Source: Eledone cirrhosa
Lineage: Eukaryota
DNA length: 64,000 bases
Direction of reading: 5' to 3'
Assembly (NCBI GenBank): GCA_964016885.1
Contig: OZ024741.1
Coordinates: 126,604,001-126,668,000, forward strand
The position numbers and the translations under genes were made by a program. Below, in pieces: positions 1-12,992 of this stretch. Under the pieces are notes generated by a model, which saw only the letters and a program-made list of their open reading frames with translations, did no database searches and was not told the DNA's origin. The stretch's first letter is position 1, and every line of letters begins with the position of its first letter.

Positions 1-313
1 TCCTGGCCTGACTGTAGTCTGACATTAGTACCGAACTTTCGACATTAACCCTGACTTTTCCTCTTCTTCCTTTTCTTCCGTCCCCATTCTTCTCTCTTCT
101 TTCTTTTTTCTTGTGGCACGATATTAACGCTGACTTATGTTCCTCTCCCTTTCTGTTTTCCTCTATTTGACCGGTAGTAGCACACTATAAGCTTTAGCCA
201 CGTCACTTGAGGGCGACCGGCAAGGGTGGAAGATGCTGGATGGCGGTCGTCCTCCGGTCTTTGATTTTCAGCCCCATGGTTTTTATCTATTGCATTCACT
301 TATTATATTTCGA

Positions 314-371
314 ATACCTGATGATATCACCGGATTCATACGGAACCCGGTTATTGAAATGATCATAGTAT
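314..371 (+). ncRNA. Type I hammerhead ribozyme (minimal, palindromic stem III) in a PLE pLTR-like fragment
   Basis: ATAC-CTGATGA(318-324)-stem II ACCGG/CCGGT-GAAA(356-359); stem III ATGATCAT is a palindrome; then A (H17) and GTAT pairing with ATAC. AATAAA follows and the insert ends at (TA)n near 566. Confidence 0.75.
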
Positions 372-562
372 AATAAACCTTTCAAGGATTTGCACAAATC
401 CAGCCTCCTGTCATTTCATTATAATATTTAACTCCGCACTAGCACCACCAACTACAAAAACAAAGACGGTTGAACTGCTTTACGTTGAGTACTCTCCATA
501 TTATTACATTGAGATTGACCATACGGAATTGACCAGCTCTATCCAGTGGTGAACCTCAAACC

Positions 563-609
<47 letters not shown>

Positions 610-659
610 ATACTAGCGTGGAAAAATGGACGTAAAACGGTGTTGATGATGATATAAGA

Positions 660-810
660 TGAATTGGCAGAATCGTTTAAACGTTGGATAGAATACTTTG
701 CGGTATCTGTTTCGGCTCTCTGTTCTCTGAGTTCAAATACTCTCGACGTCAACTTTGCCTTTCATCTCTTCCAGGTCGTTAAGAAAAGTACCAGTATAAT
801 ACTGGAGTTG
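660..810 (+). mobile_element. tRNA-derived SINE, family S1 (central CTTTGCCTTTCATCC...AAGTACCAG, Meta-domain-like)
   Basis: A-box-like TGGCAGAATCG, B-box-like GAGTTCAAAT, then CTTTGCCTTTCATC and AAGTACCAG; many related copies in the window. Confidence 0.7.
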
Positions 811-1063
811 ATTCTTCATTTATATTTCTTTCTTACTTCCATTCTATCGCCAACTATCCTTCTCTTGGAGAAATGTGCTCTATTTAGTCTTGGTTTAAAA
901 ATATCCAAGAAAAGCCGTTGTCAATACGGCACCCCAACGACTCCCTCACGTGTTACGGGATAAGAGGAAAGGATAATTTATATAAAAATTGATTTTTGCA
1001 TAATACGCAAGCCACCATTAATACTAAATTATGGAAGTTTAATAATAATTATGTGAAGAGGGT

Positions 1064-1500
1064 GGTGGATTGTCAAAATCATTTGAACGTCGGATACAAT
1101 GCTTTGTAGCAATAGGGTATGGCTGTTCACATTCTGAGTTCAAATACTACAAATGTCAGCTTAGCCGTTCATTCTTCTGGTGTCACACGAATAAAGTACC
1201 AGTAAAGTATTGTGGCTGATTTAATCAAATTTGTTCTTTCCGCAAATTTATTGGCCTTGTTCCAATATTAGAAATCAATATTTGTAAATTAACAGAATCT
1301 TCATGGCATCGAATAAAATACTTTGCGGTATTTATTCCGGTTCTTTATGTTTCGAGTTTCAATCACTCTTTAGGCTACTTTTCCTTTAACCCTTCCAGGA
1401 TAAAAAATAATAAGTACCTGTCAAGTACCGGAGTCGATATAATCGAATTTCCACTCATTCTCCAAATTACTAGTCTTTTGCCTAAAATAGAAGCTATTAT
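1064..1500 (+). mobile_element. Two degenerate tandem S1 SINE copies
   Basis: CTGAGTTCAAAT...TTCATTC...AAAGTACCAGTA...GGCCTTGTTCCAATATTAGAAA, followed by a second more diverged unit. Confidence 0.55.
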
Positions 1501-1736
1501 CATAAAGGATAGTGTGTTATCACAATCATTAACATATCGGAGAGAATAAATACAGCAAAGGTGGAGAACCGAACCGTCCATACCACACATTGATTGAGCA
1601 GCTGCTACACTCATCCTTGGAACCTGACGGAGCTCCATTATATTCCGTGTATGTATATGTATGTAGATATATCTACACACACACACACACACGCACACAC
1701 ACATACATCCACACATCCACACTTTATTCATCTCTC

Positions 1737-1778
<42 letters not shown>

Positions 1779-2259
1779 ATATATGTTTGTGTGTATGTGC
1801 AATCATTTATATAAAGCTATCACAGTGTCATCCGTTGGATGTCTTCATTCAATTTATAAAATTGAACTGAAATGCAGAATGTATTTAGGTTTATGTGCAA
1901 GAAAAGTTGAATTCAATTTACGTCCTCGTTTTACAAATGTTTTCCTTCTGTTAATAACAGTTCACACCATTTAACATGGAAGATTTTTAAAAGCCTTCAA
2001 AGGTTTATTTTACTTTATTTTTATTTTTTGAATTGTATATTTAATGATCATGTTTGGAAAACACTTCTGATTATTTTGTTTGTAAAACGAGGTTTAAACA
2101 AGCATAGAATAAATATATCTACTATTACCAAGTATCGACAAAATTAAATTGCAAATAGATGTTAGTTTTCTTCATGTCACAATCTACTCATCAGTAACTG
2201 ATATAATACTGAATTTTAACGACCATGTTTCGATTATGTTGTAAAATGTGGCATAAGGG

Positions 2260-2470
2260 CGGTGGATTGGCAGTATCTTTAGAGATATAATGCGGCATAT
2301 AATTACGCCCCTTTTGTGCTGTGTTCAAATCCTGCCGAGGTTAGCTTTGCCTTTCATCCTTACGAGATCGATGAAATAAAGTACCAGGAACCCACTGGGG
2401 GGCGATTTAATCAAGTTTTGCCTCCTCCCAAATTGTTGGCTTTGTGCCTAAATCAGAAACCATTATTAAA
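2260..2470 (+). mobile_element. S1 SINE
   Basis: GTGGATTGGCAGTATC...GTTCAAATCCTGCCGAGGTTAGCTTTGCCTTTCATCC...AAGTACCAG...TTTGTGCCTAAATCAGAAACCATTATT. Confidence 0.75.
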
Positions 2471-2754
2471 TGGGGAATATATATTTGACAAACCCTTTTG
2501 ATATCATCTCACCCGAAACCCATTACTAAGTTTCTTTTTGAATTAACATTTTCTAACATAATTTCATATAAAAATATTTTGTTTGAACGAGTCTATCGTT
2601 AGGTCAGACTAAGAAATTATTCCATTACCGATGCAATCTGCCAGTTGAATGGTGAATCTCCTGGCAGGAGGGGACAGGATTTGAACTAAGAATACCCTGT
2701 CTGAATAGATATCACAAAACACACCGTCTAACTCTCTAACAGTTCTTCCAAATA

Positions 2755-2935
2755 ACTATTTCTGGCACAAGGCCAGCAATTACTCCAATACATTACTGGA
2801 ACTTTATTTTATCGACCCCTTAAAGATGAAGAGCAAAGTTAGCCTCTGTAGGACTTGAACTCAGACTGTAAAAGGCCGTAACTCTATGCTGCAAAGCATC
2901 GCGTCCGACCCTCTACCGATACTGCCAATCCACCG
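2755..2935 (-). mobile_element. S1 SINE
   Basis: Reverse complement of S1 (ends GATACTGCCAATCCACC on the plus strand). Confidence 0.75.
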
Positions 2936-3323
2936 AACGAATGGTAAACTTGAACACGGCGGTATTTGAACTCACAGCGCAATGAGCCGCAAAAAATTAT
3001 CGATGCATTTAAGATTATGCCATAACAACTCTGTGAAATTTGTTGTTACAAATACCCTCTTGACAATGGTTTCTGATTTAGGCACAAGACCAACAATTTG
3101 GAGTGAGTCGAAACTCATTTTGCAGGAGAGCCTTAATCGTACACAACTTGGAAGATATTTATTTTGCTTTGAACTTTTCATTTTTCTTTAGTGAAGGTTT
3201 TGTGGTTTTCGAGCCGTTCTTATTCAACTTAGCATCGTACGTTTTTCAAAAAAACGCACGAAGGTAAGCGTGAATCTACGCATAAGAATTTTCCTGTTTA
3301 TCCTATATGGCTAAATATAGTAA

Positions 3324-3640
3324 CAGGCATGCCTGTATGATTAAAAATAGGAGCAGACATGGCTATATTATTAAGGAGAAGAACAGGGATAGTTGTTTAG
3401 TCAGTGTAAGTGTGGGGATGGCTGTTTGGTTAAGAATATGTATAAAGATGGTTGTGAGATAAAGGGTCGGTGTAGGGATGACTGTGTGGTTAAGATCACA
3501 TAGCAACCATGTAGTTCCGGGTTCGGTTTCACAGCGCGGCACCTTAAAGTGTATTCTATAAACTGGCGTTAACTAATGCCTTGTGAGTGGAATTTGTCAG
3601 GTGGAAACATCAAACACCCGTTGTATATGTGTGTACGCAC
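3324..3640 (+). mobile_element. tRNA-derived SINE family S2 preceded by about five extra ~30-bp head (A-box) repeats
   Basis: Recurrent (C/T)AGG(C/G)ATGGCTGTNTGGTTAAG units, then GCAACCATGTAGTTCCGGGTTCG...GGCACCTT...AATGCCTTGTGAGTGGAATTTG...GGAAAC. Confidence 0.6.
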
Positions 3641-3899
3641 AGACACATATATACACACACACACATATATATATATATTTATAATATACATATATGGTGG
3701 GTGGCGTATGTTTTGCCCCTAGCTTAACTGATCGATATAATAGATTGATAACTTAACTACCACGATTGAAGAAAATAAGTACTGGGGTCAATATTGTCAA
3801 CTAAATATCTTCTTCAATGTTGTGTCGCAGTATGACCGAAATCTGTTGATGGAAACCGCCAGGTTCCGTGGCGTTAAACGACTAAGAGTACAAAACTTC

Positions 3900-4085
3900 C
3901 TCCTGGACAGTACATCGCAAGGTTAAAACCCCAATTATTGATGATACTCATTTTCAGCTGAATATACTGGAGGAACGTGAAATGAAGTGTTTTCCTCAAG
4001 AACACAACACACAACCCAATCCAGGAATCGAACCCACAACATTATGATCGTAAGTCCAACAGACTTGCCACGAGCCCATGAACGT
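3900..4085 (-). mobile_element. tRNA-derived SINE (third family)
   Basis: Minus strand has B-box GGGTTCGATTCC followed by GTGTTCTTGAGGAAAACACTT, a CORE/V-SINE-like stretch. Confidence 0.5.
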
Positions 4086-4520
4086 CCATTCATAGCAATG
4101 AGAGTCGGAACAAATAATGCAAAGCATTTTATTCGACGTTCTAACGACTCTGCCACTTTGCCGTCTTACAAAGCCCTACGACATACCAGAGTGGCATATC
4201 TTCAAATTTGACCAAATGTTTCAGTTTACAAACAAACATTAACTGATGTATGTGAGATTCCATTTGTGTTCTTAAAATACATTCTCTGCCAATCTGGTTA
4301 TGTAAGCATGATAACGCTAATTGGCTTATCGAATTAAATGGGAGATTCTTGTTGTGCTTTGTGTGTGTGTGTGTTCATATGTGTGTAGCATTTACACATA
4401 CATAATTATGCATGTGGGTATACATATGTTTATATACATATATGTATATATATATATGTGTGTGTATATATATATATGTGTGTGTGTGTGTGCGTACATA
4501 TGTCTGTATATATATATGTA

Positions 4521-4551
<31 letters not shown>

Positions 4552-4634
4552 CATATAAAGCAACAGATATATATATACGCATGCATATATACATATATAT
4601 TCAAACACACATATGCAAAAGGCAATAGATCTAC

Positions 4635-4800
4635 ATTGCTGTGTTGTTAAGGACTTCGTTTCACATCAACTACGTCGTTCTAGGGTTCAGTCCCTCAAGC
4701 TGCAACTTGGGTAAGTGACTTCTACTATAGCCTCAGACTGACAAATGTCTTTTGAGCGGAATTTGGTAGGTTAAAACTGCCGAAACCCGGTATGTGTATA
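4635..4800 (+). mobile_element. S2 SINE
   Basis: GGGTTCAGTCCC...CTTGGGTAAGTGACTTCTACTATAGCCTC...ATTTGGTAG; ends in a microsatellite. Confidence 0.65.
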
Positions 4801-4810
4801 CCTATCTGTT

Positions 4811-4875
<65 letters not shown>

Positions 4876-4980
4876 CCCTCTCTCTCTCTTTTCTCTCTCT
4901 CTCTCACTCTCTCTTTTCTCTCTCTCTCTCACTCTCTCTCTTTCTCTCTCTCCCTCTGTATATATATATATATATATATA

Positions 4981-5105
4981 CGTAGGTCCCGGGTTGAGTC
5001 GGGGATAACCACAGTAAGTAAGGTACTCAATACATGGCAGGGCTTCCTGAAGATTTCATCTGAATGAAACAGTACTAGTCCTGTAGAAGCTCCTTCTATA
5101 AAATA

Positions 5106-5110
<5 letters not shown>
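4981..5110. mobile_element. Short PLE-type insert in (TA)n (family H2) with inverted HHR segment
   Basis: Bounded by (TA)n on both sides; shares TAACCACAGTAAGTAAGGTACTCAATAC and the HHR with 42429-42608. Confidence 0.65.
5042..5090 (+). ncRNA. Type I hammerhead ribozyme
   Basis: GCTTC-CTGAAGA-short stem II (TTCA/TGAA)-GAAA; stem III ACAG/CTGT; GUA cleavage triplet; GAAGC closes stem I. Confidence 0.8.
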
Positions 5111-5189
<79 letters not shown>

Positions 5190-5193
<4 letters not shown>

Positions 5194-5268
5194 GTGTCCC
5201 CAGAAAATGTAAAAATGTATACACACTTCAAAAGCATTCTAATAAATATGTTGGCGGGACAACCTGTA
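5190..5268. mobile_element. Tc1/mariner-like MITE remnant
   Basis: GGGGTGTCCC...AAAATGTATACAC start and GGGACAACCTG-TA end; a similar end is at 31809-31845. Confidence 0.4.
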
Positions 5269-5594
5269 TATATATAAATGTCATTGTTAAATAATAAATA
5301 AATCAACTAATACCTTAACACTTCACACAAAGTAAAACATTTCGTTTTAATCATTTTCTAACCCAGAAAAAAGAGAGAGAGAAACAAAAAAGGAAAAAAA
5401 TATATTTTTCTTCCTAATAACCGTCTCTTTCTCCCTGTTTTCATATATATATATATAGGTGTGTGTGTGGGGGGGGGGGGGGGGTTGTATGTGTGTGTAT
5501 GTATGTAAGAGAGTAACTTTGGTGAAACTAAGACGTACGCTGTAGATATTAATAAAAAAATTTCGGTGTCTGTGTGTGCGTGAATTGTGGATGC

Positions 5595-5920
5595 AGCATG
5601 GCCAAATGGCTATGAGGTTCGCTTCACAATCATTAGGTCCCGGTTCTATGGCACTGTGTGACGTTTTGGGCAAATGTCACTTACCATAGCCTCGGATCGA
5701 CCCATATCTATTGAATGAAATTGGGTAGACGGAAAATGGAAGAACGTTGGTCGGACTATATTTGAATTTCATAGAGTTAGCCTTGTCATAGAGCCACGTT
5801 GATATTACATTAAATATATAGGTGTCTGAGGAATGTTCAGTCACTTGCATGTTAATTTCAGTAGCAAACAGTTCCTTTGGTATTGGAACATTCATCGTCG
5901 AAATCGATGGATGCCCATCG
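5595..5920 (+). mobile_element. S2 SINE plus a recurrent downstream repeat (family S4)
   Basis: S2 motifs then GCCTTGTCA...GTTAATTTCA...TCATCGTCGAAATCGATGG; related copies near 6740-7030(-), 34790-35030(-), 36800-36950, 48890-49065 and 62110-62310(-). Confidence 0.55.
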
Positions 5921-5949
5921 TGTTTGTTTGTGTGTGTGTATGAGAGAAG

Positions 5950-6005
<56 letters not shown>

Positions 6006-6422
6006 GAGAGAAAGATTGTGTACTTGGTTAGTTAGTTAGTGAGTGTTCATACACATTTGACCCGTGATATAAAATCAAGTACACAGCTTGAAATGGTAGC
6101 AAGTTATATACTAAGCGCGCATCAGTCTAGAAAATAACATAGTATAAGAAAGATATGTGCTGTAGTTATCTCACACAAACAGAGATAACGCCAAGCCGAA
6201 AGAAAAGAGAAGCCAGGCCAAACGCAAGCAATCATAGAAATGGGTACCTACATACGTACTTGCCTCACGCCACACTCAAATAACAGAGTTTAAAAGGGAT
6301 GTAACATCAGTGTATACTTAGAGATAAGCATTCCTCTTAGCTATCTATCTCATGTACCCTTTCACCTATAATCAGATTCAGCTGTATGAACATGCATGCT
6401 TACATACACATATGTGTGTATG

Positions 6423-6460
<38 letters not shown>

Positions 6461-6612
6461 TACATACATGTATTGATGTATATATCTATACGTAATATGC
6501 ATATATTTATATGAATGTTTTTTATGTACATGTGTGTATATATATATATTTATAGTAATATTTAATAAATTGAAGTATGGAAAATATACAGTACAGTGCC
6601 TTCATTTGTATT

Positions 6613-6671
<59 letters not shown>

Positions 6672-7080
6672 CGTTTATAAAGTGCCTGTGCAACATTGGT
6701 GTAAATCATTCTCCCCCCCCCTATCTCTCTCTCTAATATATTGGGCCTCCATTGGTCAGGATACGGAATACCCCATTTGATTCGACCAGCTTAAAAGCCT
6801 GCTCATGAAATTAATATGTTAGTGTCTAAGCATTCTACATCCACGTGTAGCCTTAACATTGTTCTCAGGGAGATTCAGCGTCGCACAGTATATTACAAGG
6901 ATGTCCCTTTGAGTCAAAGAAACAATTCGTTTTTCCATCTCAGAGAACTGGTGTAAGACACAACCCGCTGCCGGAAATCAAGATTATAGCCGTGAGCCGA
7001 ACACCGAAATTATTAAGCCACGCCCTTTCACACGCACGCTGTGTCTGTGTGTATATATTTATATGTATATATATATATAT

Positions 7081-7281
7081 ATAACAAAGGAATTGTGGTA
7101 AGGAACCAGATGGACCATAACGTACCAGGGTACTCAATACTTAGGGTAGTAGAGTGGGAAATAGGAAAAAAGTATGCCCCCGACGGCAGAGCTCAAGCCG
7201 TTTCGACGGCTATTTCTGGACTTCAGAAATAGCCGTCGAAACGGCTTGAGCTCTGCCGTCGGGGTCATACTTTTTTCCTAT
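7081..7281. mobile_element. PLE-type fold-back insert in (TA)n carrying the 3' half of an HHR
   Basis: 58-bp arms 7161-7218 / 7224-7281 with one mismatch; arm contains GAAA-CGGC...GCCG-TC; 7081-7155 recurs inverted at 56078-56150. Confidence 0.65.
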
Positions 7282-7346
7282 ATATATATATATATATATA
7301 AGATCCCGTTAAGGGTGAAAGTAGCGATTCTTTGTTATTTTAATAA

Positions 7347-7416
<70 letters not shown>

Positions 7417-7834
7417 GTGTGCTGAATTTAACCTTTTCAAAAATATCTTATTCCTCTTTCTCCTTTTGCATAAAATCACTCCCACTTTTCTCTATAATCT
7501 ATTTTTTTTCTTAAAAAAAAAAGAATTTCTCTGAACAACCTTTCTTTTGTGTTTCAAATGTATACGACGGCGACATAATCTTCTCGTTGTAAATCTTTGG
7601 ACAACATCTGGCCTCAAGCATAAAGACCACATGTTGCCAGTATATAAGACTATTGAATGAAAGCTTCTTCCATTGATGTGCTGTCTGTCTCTCAGGTCAT
7701 CTTACAACGAGGGGGAAGTCCTACTTAATACTGAACAATATCAATATCAACAAGACCACCAGCATACACCATTAACAAGACTACTACATTTCCCATAAGT
7801 TATCATCATATCATCATCATCATCATTATTATTG

Positions 7835-8030
7835 TGGATTGGCAGTATCAGTAGAGGGTCGGACGCCATGGTTTCCAGCATAGTTACGTCCCTTTACGAT
7901 CTGAGTTCAAATCCCGCCGAGGTTGACTTTGCCTTTCATCCTTACGGGGTCCATAAAATAAAGTACCAGTAATGCACTGGGTATTTGCTGGCCTTGTGCC
8001 TAAAGTAGAAACAATTATTATTATTATTAT
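7835..8030 (+). mobile_element. S1 SINE ending in an (ATT)n tail
   Basis: Well-preserved S1 with A and B boxes; its tail hosts the LINE stack that follows. Confidence 0.8.
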
Positions 8031-8031
8031 T

Positions 8032-8593
8032 CATAGTGAGGATCGATCCACTGCCTTCCTTAGGTCAGGAAGAGCAGGAAATTTTCCTCTGTCTGGTGGC
8101 AGTTGCGAAAGAGGTTATATGGTGGACCAGATTAAAAGGACTGAAGACAGACACTTTTCTCTTCGGCCAATCCCTCATCAACTTCTTCTAGTTTCACCTG
8201 GAAAGGAAGGTGAGGGTGGAAAGAGAAGTGCTGCTCCCCAGGACATTTGCTAAAAGGAGGGTGAATGTGGCGAGAATGGCTCGTGTTAATGGGCCTGCTC
8301 TGAACATCGCCTATAGGCTAGCTAACTTGAGGAGAGGGGTGCTCTCCCTGGGTGCCATAGAAGCGCAGGGTGGTTCAGGATTGGTGGGGTACCCGAGTCA
8401 CCCCAGGGTCGTCCACCCTCTATCGGGGAATTTATTTTGTTATATTTATGCATAGTTTATTTTATATTTTTATATTTTCATTGTTAAATTAGTCTTGCCA
8501 TTGTGCACATTTACTCGACCTTATTGTAAACCCCCACTGTCCCTGTCTTTGTATTGTCCCCTACATGGCGGCCCTTGTGGCTAATAAATGAAA

Positions 8594-8595
<2 letters not shown>
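8032..8595 (+). mobile_element. 3' fragment of an L1/Tx1-like LINE (ORF2 C-terminus and 3' UTR)
   Basis: Translation ...FLCLVAVAKEVIWWTRLKG...INFF*FHLERKVRVERE resembles the L1/Tx1 ORF2 tail; AATAAA then (ATT)n. Confidence 0.55.
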
Positions 8596-8636
<41 letters not shown>

Positions 8637-8637
<1 letters not shown>

Positions 8638-11262
8638 TGCATTTATCTTGCTTTATGTTCATACGAGTTATCACCAAGTCACAACCAGTGACCTCAAGAG
8701 ACAAGATCCGCCATGTTCAGGAAAGAACATACATACACACACATGCATCTTTAGGTGTTTAGACTTGTGATGTACTTATATTGACAGAATCTTCCTTAGT
8801 ATATGGGCAGTTCCCATTAGTACTATCTTTTGTATTTCTTATTTACGCGGGTTTCCTGGGATTTGCGATAAGTAATCATTAGACCCTTAGGTATCATGCC
8901 TAGAGCGCCTACAACCACTGGTATTGTATTAGTTCTCAATTTCCACATTTTTCCAATTTCTATCTCCAGGTCCTTATACTTGCTCAATTTTTCAAATGTT
9001 TTTATAGATACATTCTTGTCTATTAGAACGGACATATCAATTAGCAGGCATACCCTCTTTTTAAAGTCCTTCAGTATTATATCAGGTCTATTTGCATCTA
9101 TTTTTCGGTCTGTTTGGATGCTAAAGTTCCACAAGATTGAGATGTGATATTTTTCAAGTATGGGAGGTCGTTGATGCTCCCACCAATTTTTTTGTTGGGG
9201 CAGGTCAAAATGCTTACACATTATCCAATGTATGTATTGTGCAGCTCTGTCATGCCTGTTTAGGTATTCGGTTGGAGCTATAGGACTGCACATTGAAATT
9301 ATATGGTCAATGGTCTCTGGTTGTTTTTTACATACACAACATAATGGGTTGCATCCATTTTTTATTATGTTGGCTTGGTAATTTTTTGTTGGCAGACACT
9401 GATCTTGTGCTGATATAATCAGTCCTCCAGTCTCCGTTTTCAGTCCAGAAGATGCCAACCACTGATGGGCTAAAGTTTTGTCAACATCAGGATTGTTAGC
9501 TCTTTCTGGGTATTTTCCATACAGAGGCTTTTCTTGCCATTTCTTAGCCAGTTTCTGTAGCAGTTCTTTCTTTGCAGTTACTTTTCCTGCTTTGCTTTTT
9601 CTGTGTTTTCCATTTCAGCAGTAAATGGGACTTCTGAAATTTGTAGTCTATTGCTGTATCTTTGTGAATCTTTTGTAATGGAGTATGATCTGTTGATGCT
9701 TTCGTTTTTCAAAACGAGTTTGATCATCCAATCATGTGATTCCCTTAGATATGTAGATAATCCAATTGTTGCAGTTTTCAACGCAATATCTAACTGGATT
9801 AACCCATGTCCTCCTTCTTTCCTAGGGAGATATATTCTATCTGTATCTGCCTTAGGGTGATGCATTCTGTGCATGGTTTAAAATTTTCTAATTTTTGTAT
9901 CGAGCCTACGGATCTCTGTGCTTGACCAGTTAATGACATTGTAACTGTAGGTTACTACTGGTATGGAAAGCGTGTTTATGGCATCGACCCTATTCCTTGC
10001 ATTCAATTCCGTTCTTAAGATTGCTCTTACTCTGCGGTAACATTCCTTCCTTATCCTTTCCCTCATTGTCGAGTGCTTGATTCCGTCTCCTTCACAAACA
10101 CCGGATATTTGTAAGTTTCCTCTTGATCAAGTTCTCTTATCACATTCCCCCCGATCAAGATTAATGTCTGAACCTTTCAGCAGCTTTCCTCTGGTGAACG
10201 TTGCTTTGGCGCATTTATCTAGTCCAAACTCCATTTTAATGTCATCACTGAATTGCTCCACAGTGGATAATAGCCCTTGCAATTGTTCATCATTTTTTGC
10301 AAATAGTTTCAGATCATCCATGTAGAACAAGTGCTTAATGGTTTTGTTATAGACTTTATATCAATGTTTTGTTTCATTGAGCATTTTACTTAATGGTATA
10401 AGTGCGATGCAGAATAAAAGCGGGGATAAAAAGTCACCCTGAAAAATTCCACAATTAATATTAACTCCTTCAGCTTCCAGTGATTCCTTTTCACTATTCA
10501 AAAGGTGTGTCGTTTTCCATGTCTTCATACTGAATGACAAGAACCTCCTGACAACGGGAGATATTTTGAAAATCTCTAAACATTTTGCAATCCAACTGTG
10601 TGGCAAACTATCGAATGCTTTTTTATAATCTATCCAAGCAATTGATAGATTTTGTGTCTATTATGACAATCTTCCAGTATCATTTTGTTAATCAAAAGCT
10701 GATCCTTACAGCCATATGAGCCTCGTTTACACCCTTTCTGCTCATTGGGAAATAGGTCATTTGTTATCAGATGATCATATGTATATTCAATTAGGAATGA
10801 TGTTAAAATTTTATACATTGTGGTCAAGCAAGTTATCAGTCTGTAATTTTTGGGATTGTTTGTCTCATCATTCTTCGGAAGCAGGAATGTAATGCCGTTA
10901 ACTACCCATGATGGTATCTTTTTTGCTCCTTAACTATTTCATTGTAAAGTTGGGCTAACAGCTCATGAGACTCTGTGAAGGCATTTATCCAAAAATTTGG
11001 TATTTTGCCTTTTCCTGGGGATTTCCATTTGCTGGTTTTTCTAAGAGCCAAACGCAACTGTTCAACTGTTATATTTTTCCATATTTGTTCCTGAAGGTGA
11101 GCTGTATCTTTCATTTGTCTGTCTATCCATGGGGCATGTATATTATTAACTTTTTCTTCGGCTCAGATCTTTTCCCAGAATTCTTGCTCTTCCTCCTTGG
11201 GTGGTATTGATTTAGCAGTTATTGTTGACTTGCCAATTTTTCTGTGGATGTTTCTTTGGTTG

Positions 11263-11267
<5 letters not shown>
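8637..11267 (-). mobile_element. R4/Dong-like RLE non-LTR retrotransposon family A, 5'-truncated, frameshifted
   Basis: Fragments WKSPG, EQKGC, GIFQGD, FYMDD, CxxC..H..C zinc motif, RHD, RPDI, K.SKY.DL; (TTA)n on both sides. Confidence 0.92.
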
Positions 11268-11342
<75 letters not shown>

Positions 11343-11350
11343 GTTGTTAT

Positions 11351-11709
11351 TCCTTGAATCTCAGTCATTGATGTTGGTTAACTGGAAAGTCCGTTGGATT
11401 GAATATCAAGCCACTACCTGCAGCCTCAGATATTCAGGACGTATCGGAGGGTTCTTGCTGTTCCAAGCAAGCATGCCTTTTGAAGCGTTCCAAAAAGCGT
11501 GAAGGGGCCGATTTTCTTTAACCATCCCTGGAAACTTTTGGAGATAGTCCCCAGTGCGCCTATGACAATCGGGATCACTTTGACTTCATGGCAGTTCCAA
11601 ATCCTTTTCACCTCCCACTTTAGGTCCTGGTATCGGTTAATTTTCTCCCTCTCCTTCTCTTGCACTCTCGTGTCGAACGGGCAGGCCACATCCACAATCA
11701 GGCACGATC

Positions 11710-11714
<5 letters not shown>
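11351..11714 (-). mobile_element. R4/Dong-like family B, 3' fragment (RLE domain end)
   Basis: DVACPFD...EKINRYQDL...PIVIGALG; nearly identical to the 3' end of the copy starting at 18504. Confidence 0.9.
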
Positions 11715-11774
<60 letters not shown>

Positions 11775-12992
11775 CATTGGCGACCTACGTAGTAAATCGT
11801 ATCATCGTGAGCTCCGCACAGGTTTGTTATTTTCAGTTGTTTAAAATTACCATTTATGGAAAATTTTTATTGTTAACTGTATATAAGTGCACATACATTG
11901 ATTTCTGAAAAGGACACTAAAAAATATTGGGGCCTTGAGCCCAAAACTTAAACTTTTTCTAATTATCAAACAAACAAAAAAATTTCTTTGAAAAATCATG
12001 GCTGACTTAGAGTCACACCTTCCTCCCAAAGTAACACCCCACACCGACACCACCATTGTAAATATTACTACGTTTGCCAACACTAAAAATATAAGCAGTA
12101 GCAATATTTTAAATTTGTCTCAGCCAAACATTCATTTCCCGCCATTACCAATGACTGCAGTTGTTAAAGCCGCCACCCCCACCACAGCGACATCAGAAAC
12201 AAAAGAAAAAATAAATTAACTCGTGATATCGAAATGAATTCAACCAAAATGAACTCTTCCACACTGAACACTACTGACGCCACCACCACCACAACTGAAA
12301 CTAAAATTAATAATAACAAAAATAACGATAACAACAACAGCAACAATGACATTAAGAAAACTACCCTGAGTTTTGCCAGAGCAGCAAAATAGTGCGAAGC
12401 ATTTCAGGTAACTCAGGAGGAATTAGAAGAAGCCAAAAAAATGGTAAAGAAAGATGGGTACAGGGTCAGCCTCACCCCCACCCCACCTAATAAAATGGAA
12501 CATCGTCTTATCGAACAATTAATATAAAATCGCACCGAGTGGAACGGGCATCCGATTCCCAAATCCCAAAAGCTTTGGGACATGTGTGGGAAAACAAAAA
12601 CCACACCAAACGTGGGCAGAAATATGGAACCGTGGACGTGTTCTTTGAAACACCACAGGAGGCTAGAGAACACTCCATGGCCCCATTAAGAAGTGACTTC
12701 ACACTCGTCCCAAGCTATTGTGGCTAGAGACACCTAAAGATCAGGGTGACCCACGTTCCACCGGCCATCGAAATTCCCTGGCTGCCGTCCTCGCTGGCAT
12801 CGAAGCCAACACCAAGATAATCAGGAGAACTGGTCCGGATCTGGGATGGAGCTCCTGATCCAAGCGGACCAAAAAAGCATTGAGGAGATCCCAGAGGTAA
12901 TAGACCTCACTGACGGCAGCCACCTCACCGTAATCGTCAAGGGCAGAAGGCCTAGGTGTGTTGTTTGTGGTGAAGGAACCCACCTAAGGTGT
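11775..12992 (+). mobile_element. 5' fragment of a Tx1/L1-like LINE: leader plus disrupted ORF1 with zinc knuckle
   Basis: Thr-rich N-terminus from ATG 11998, SFARAA motif, then VIVKGRRPRCVVCGEGTH (CCHC knuckle, cut off at the junction); begins right after (TTA)n. Confidence 0.6.
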
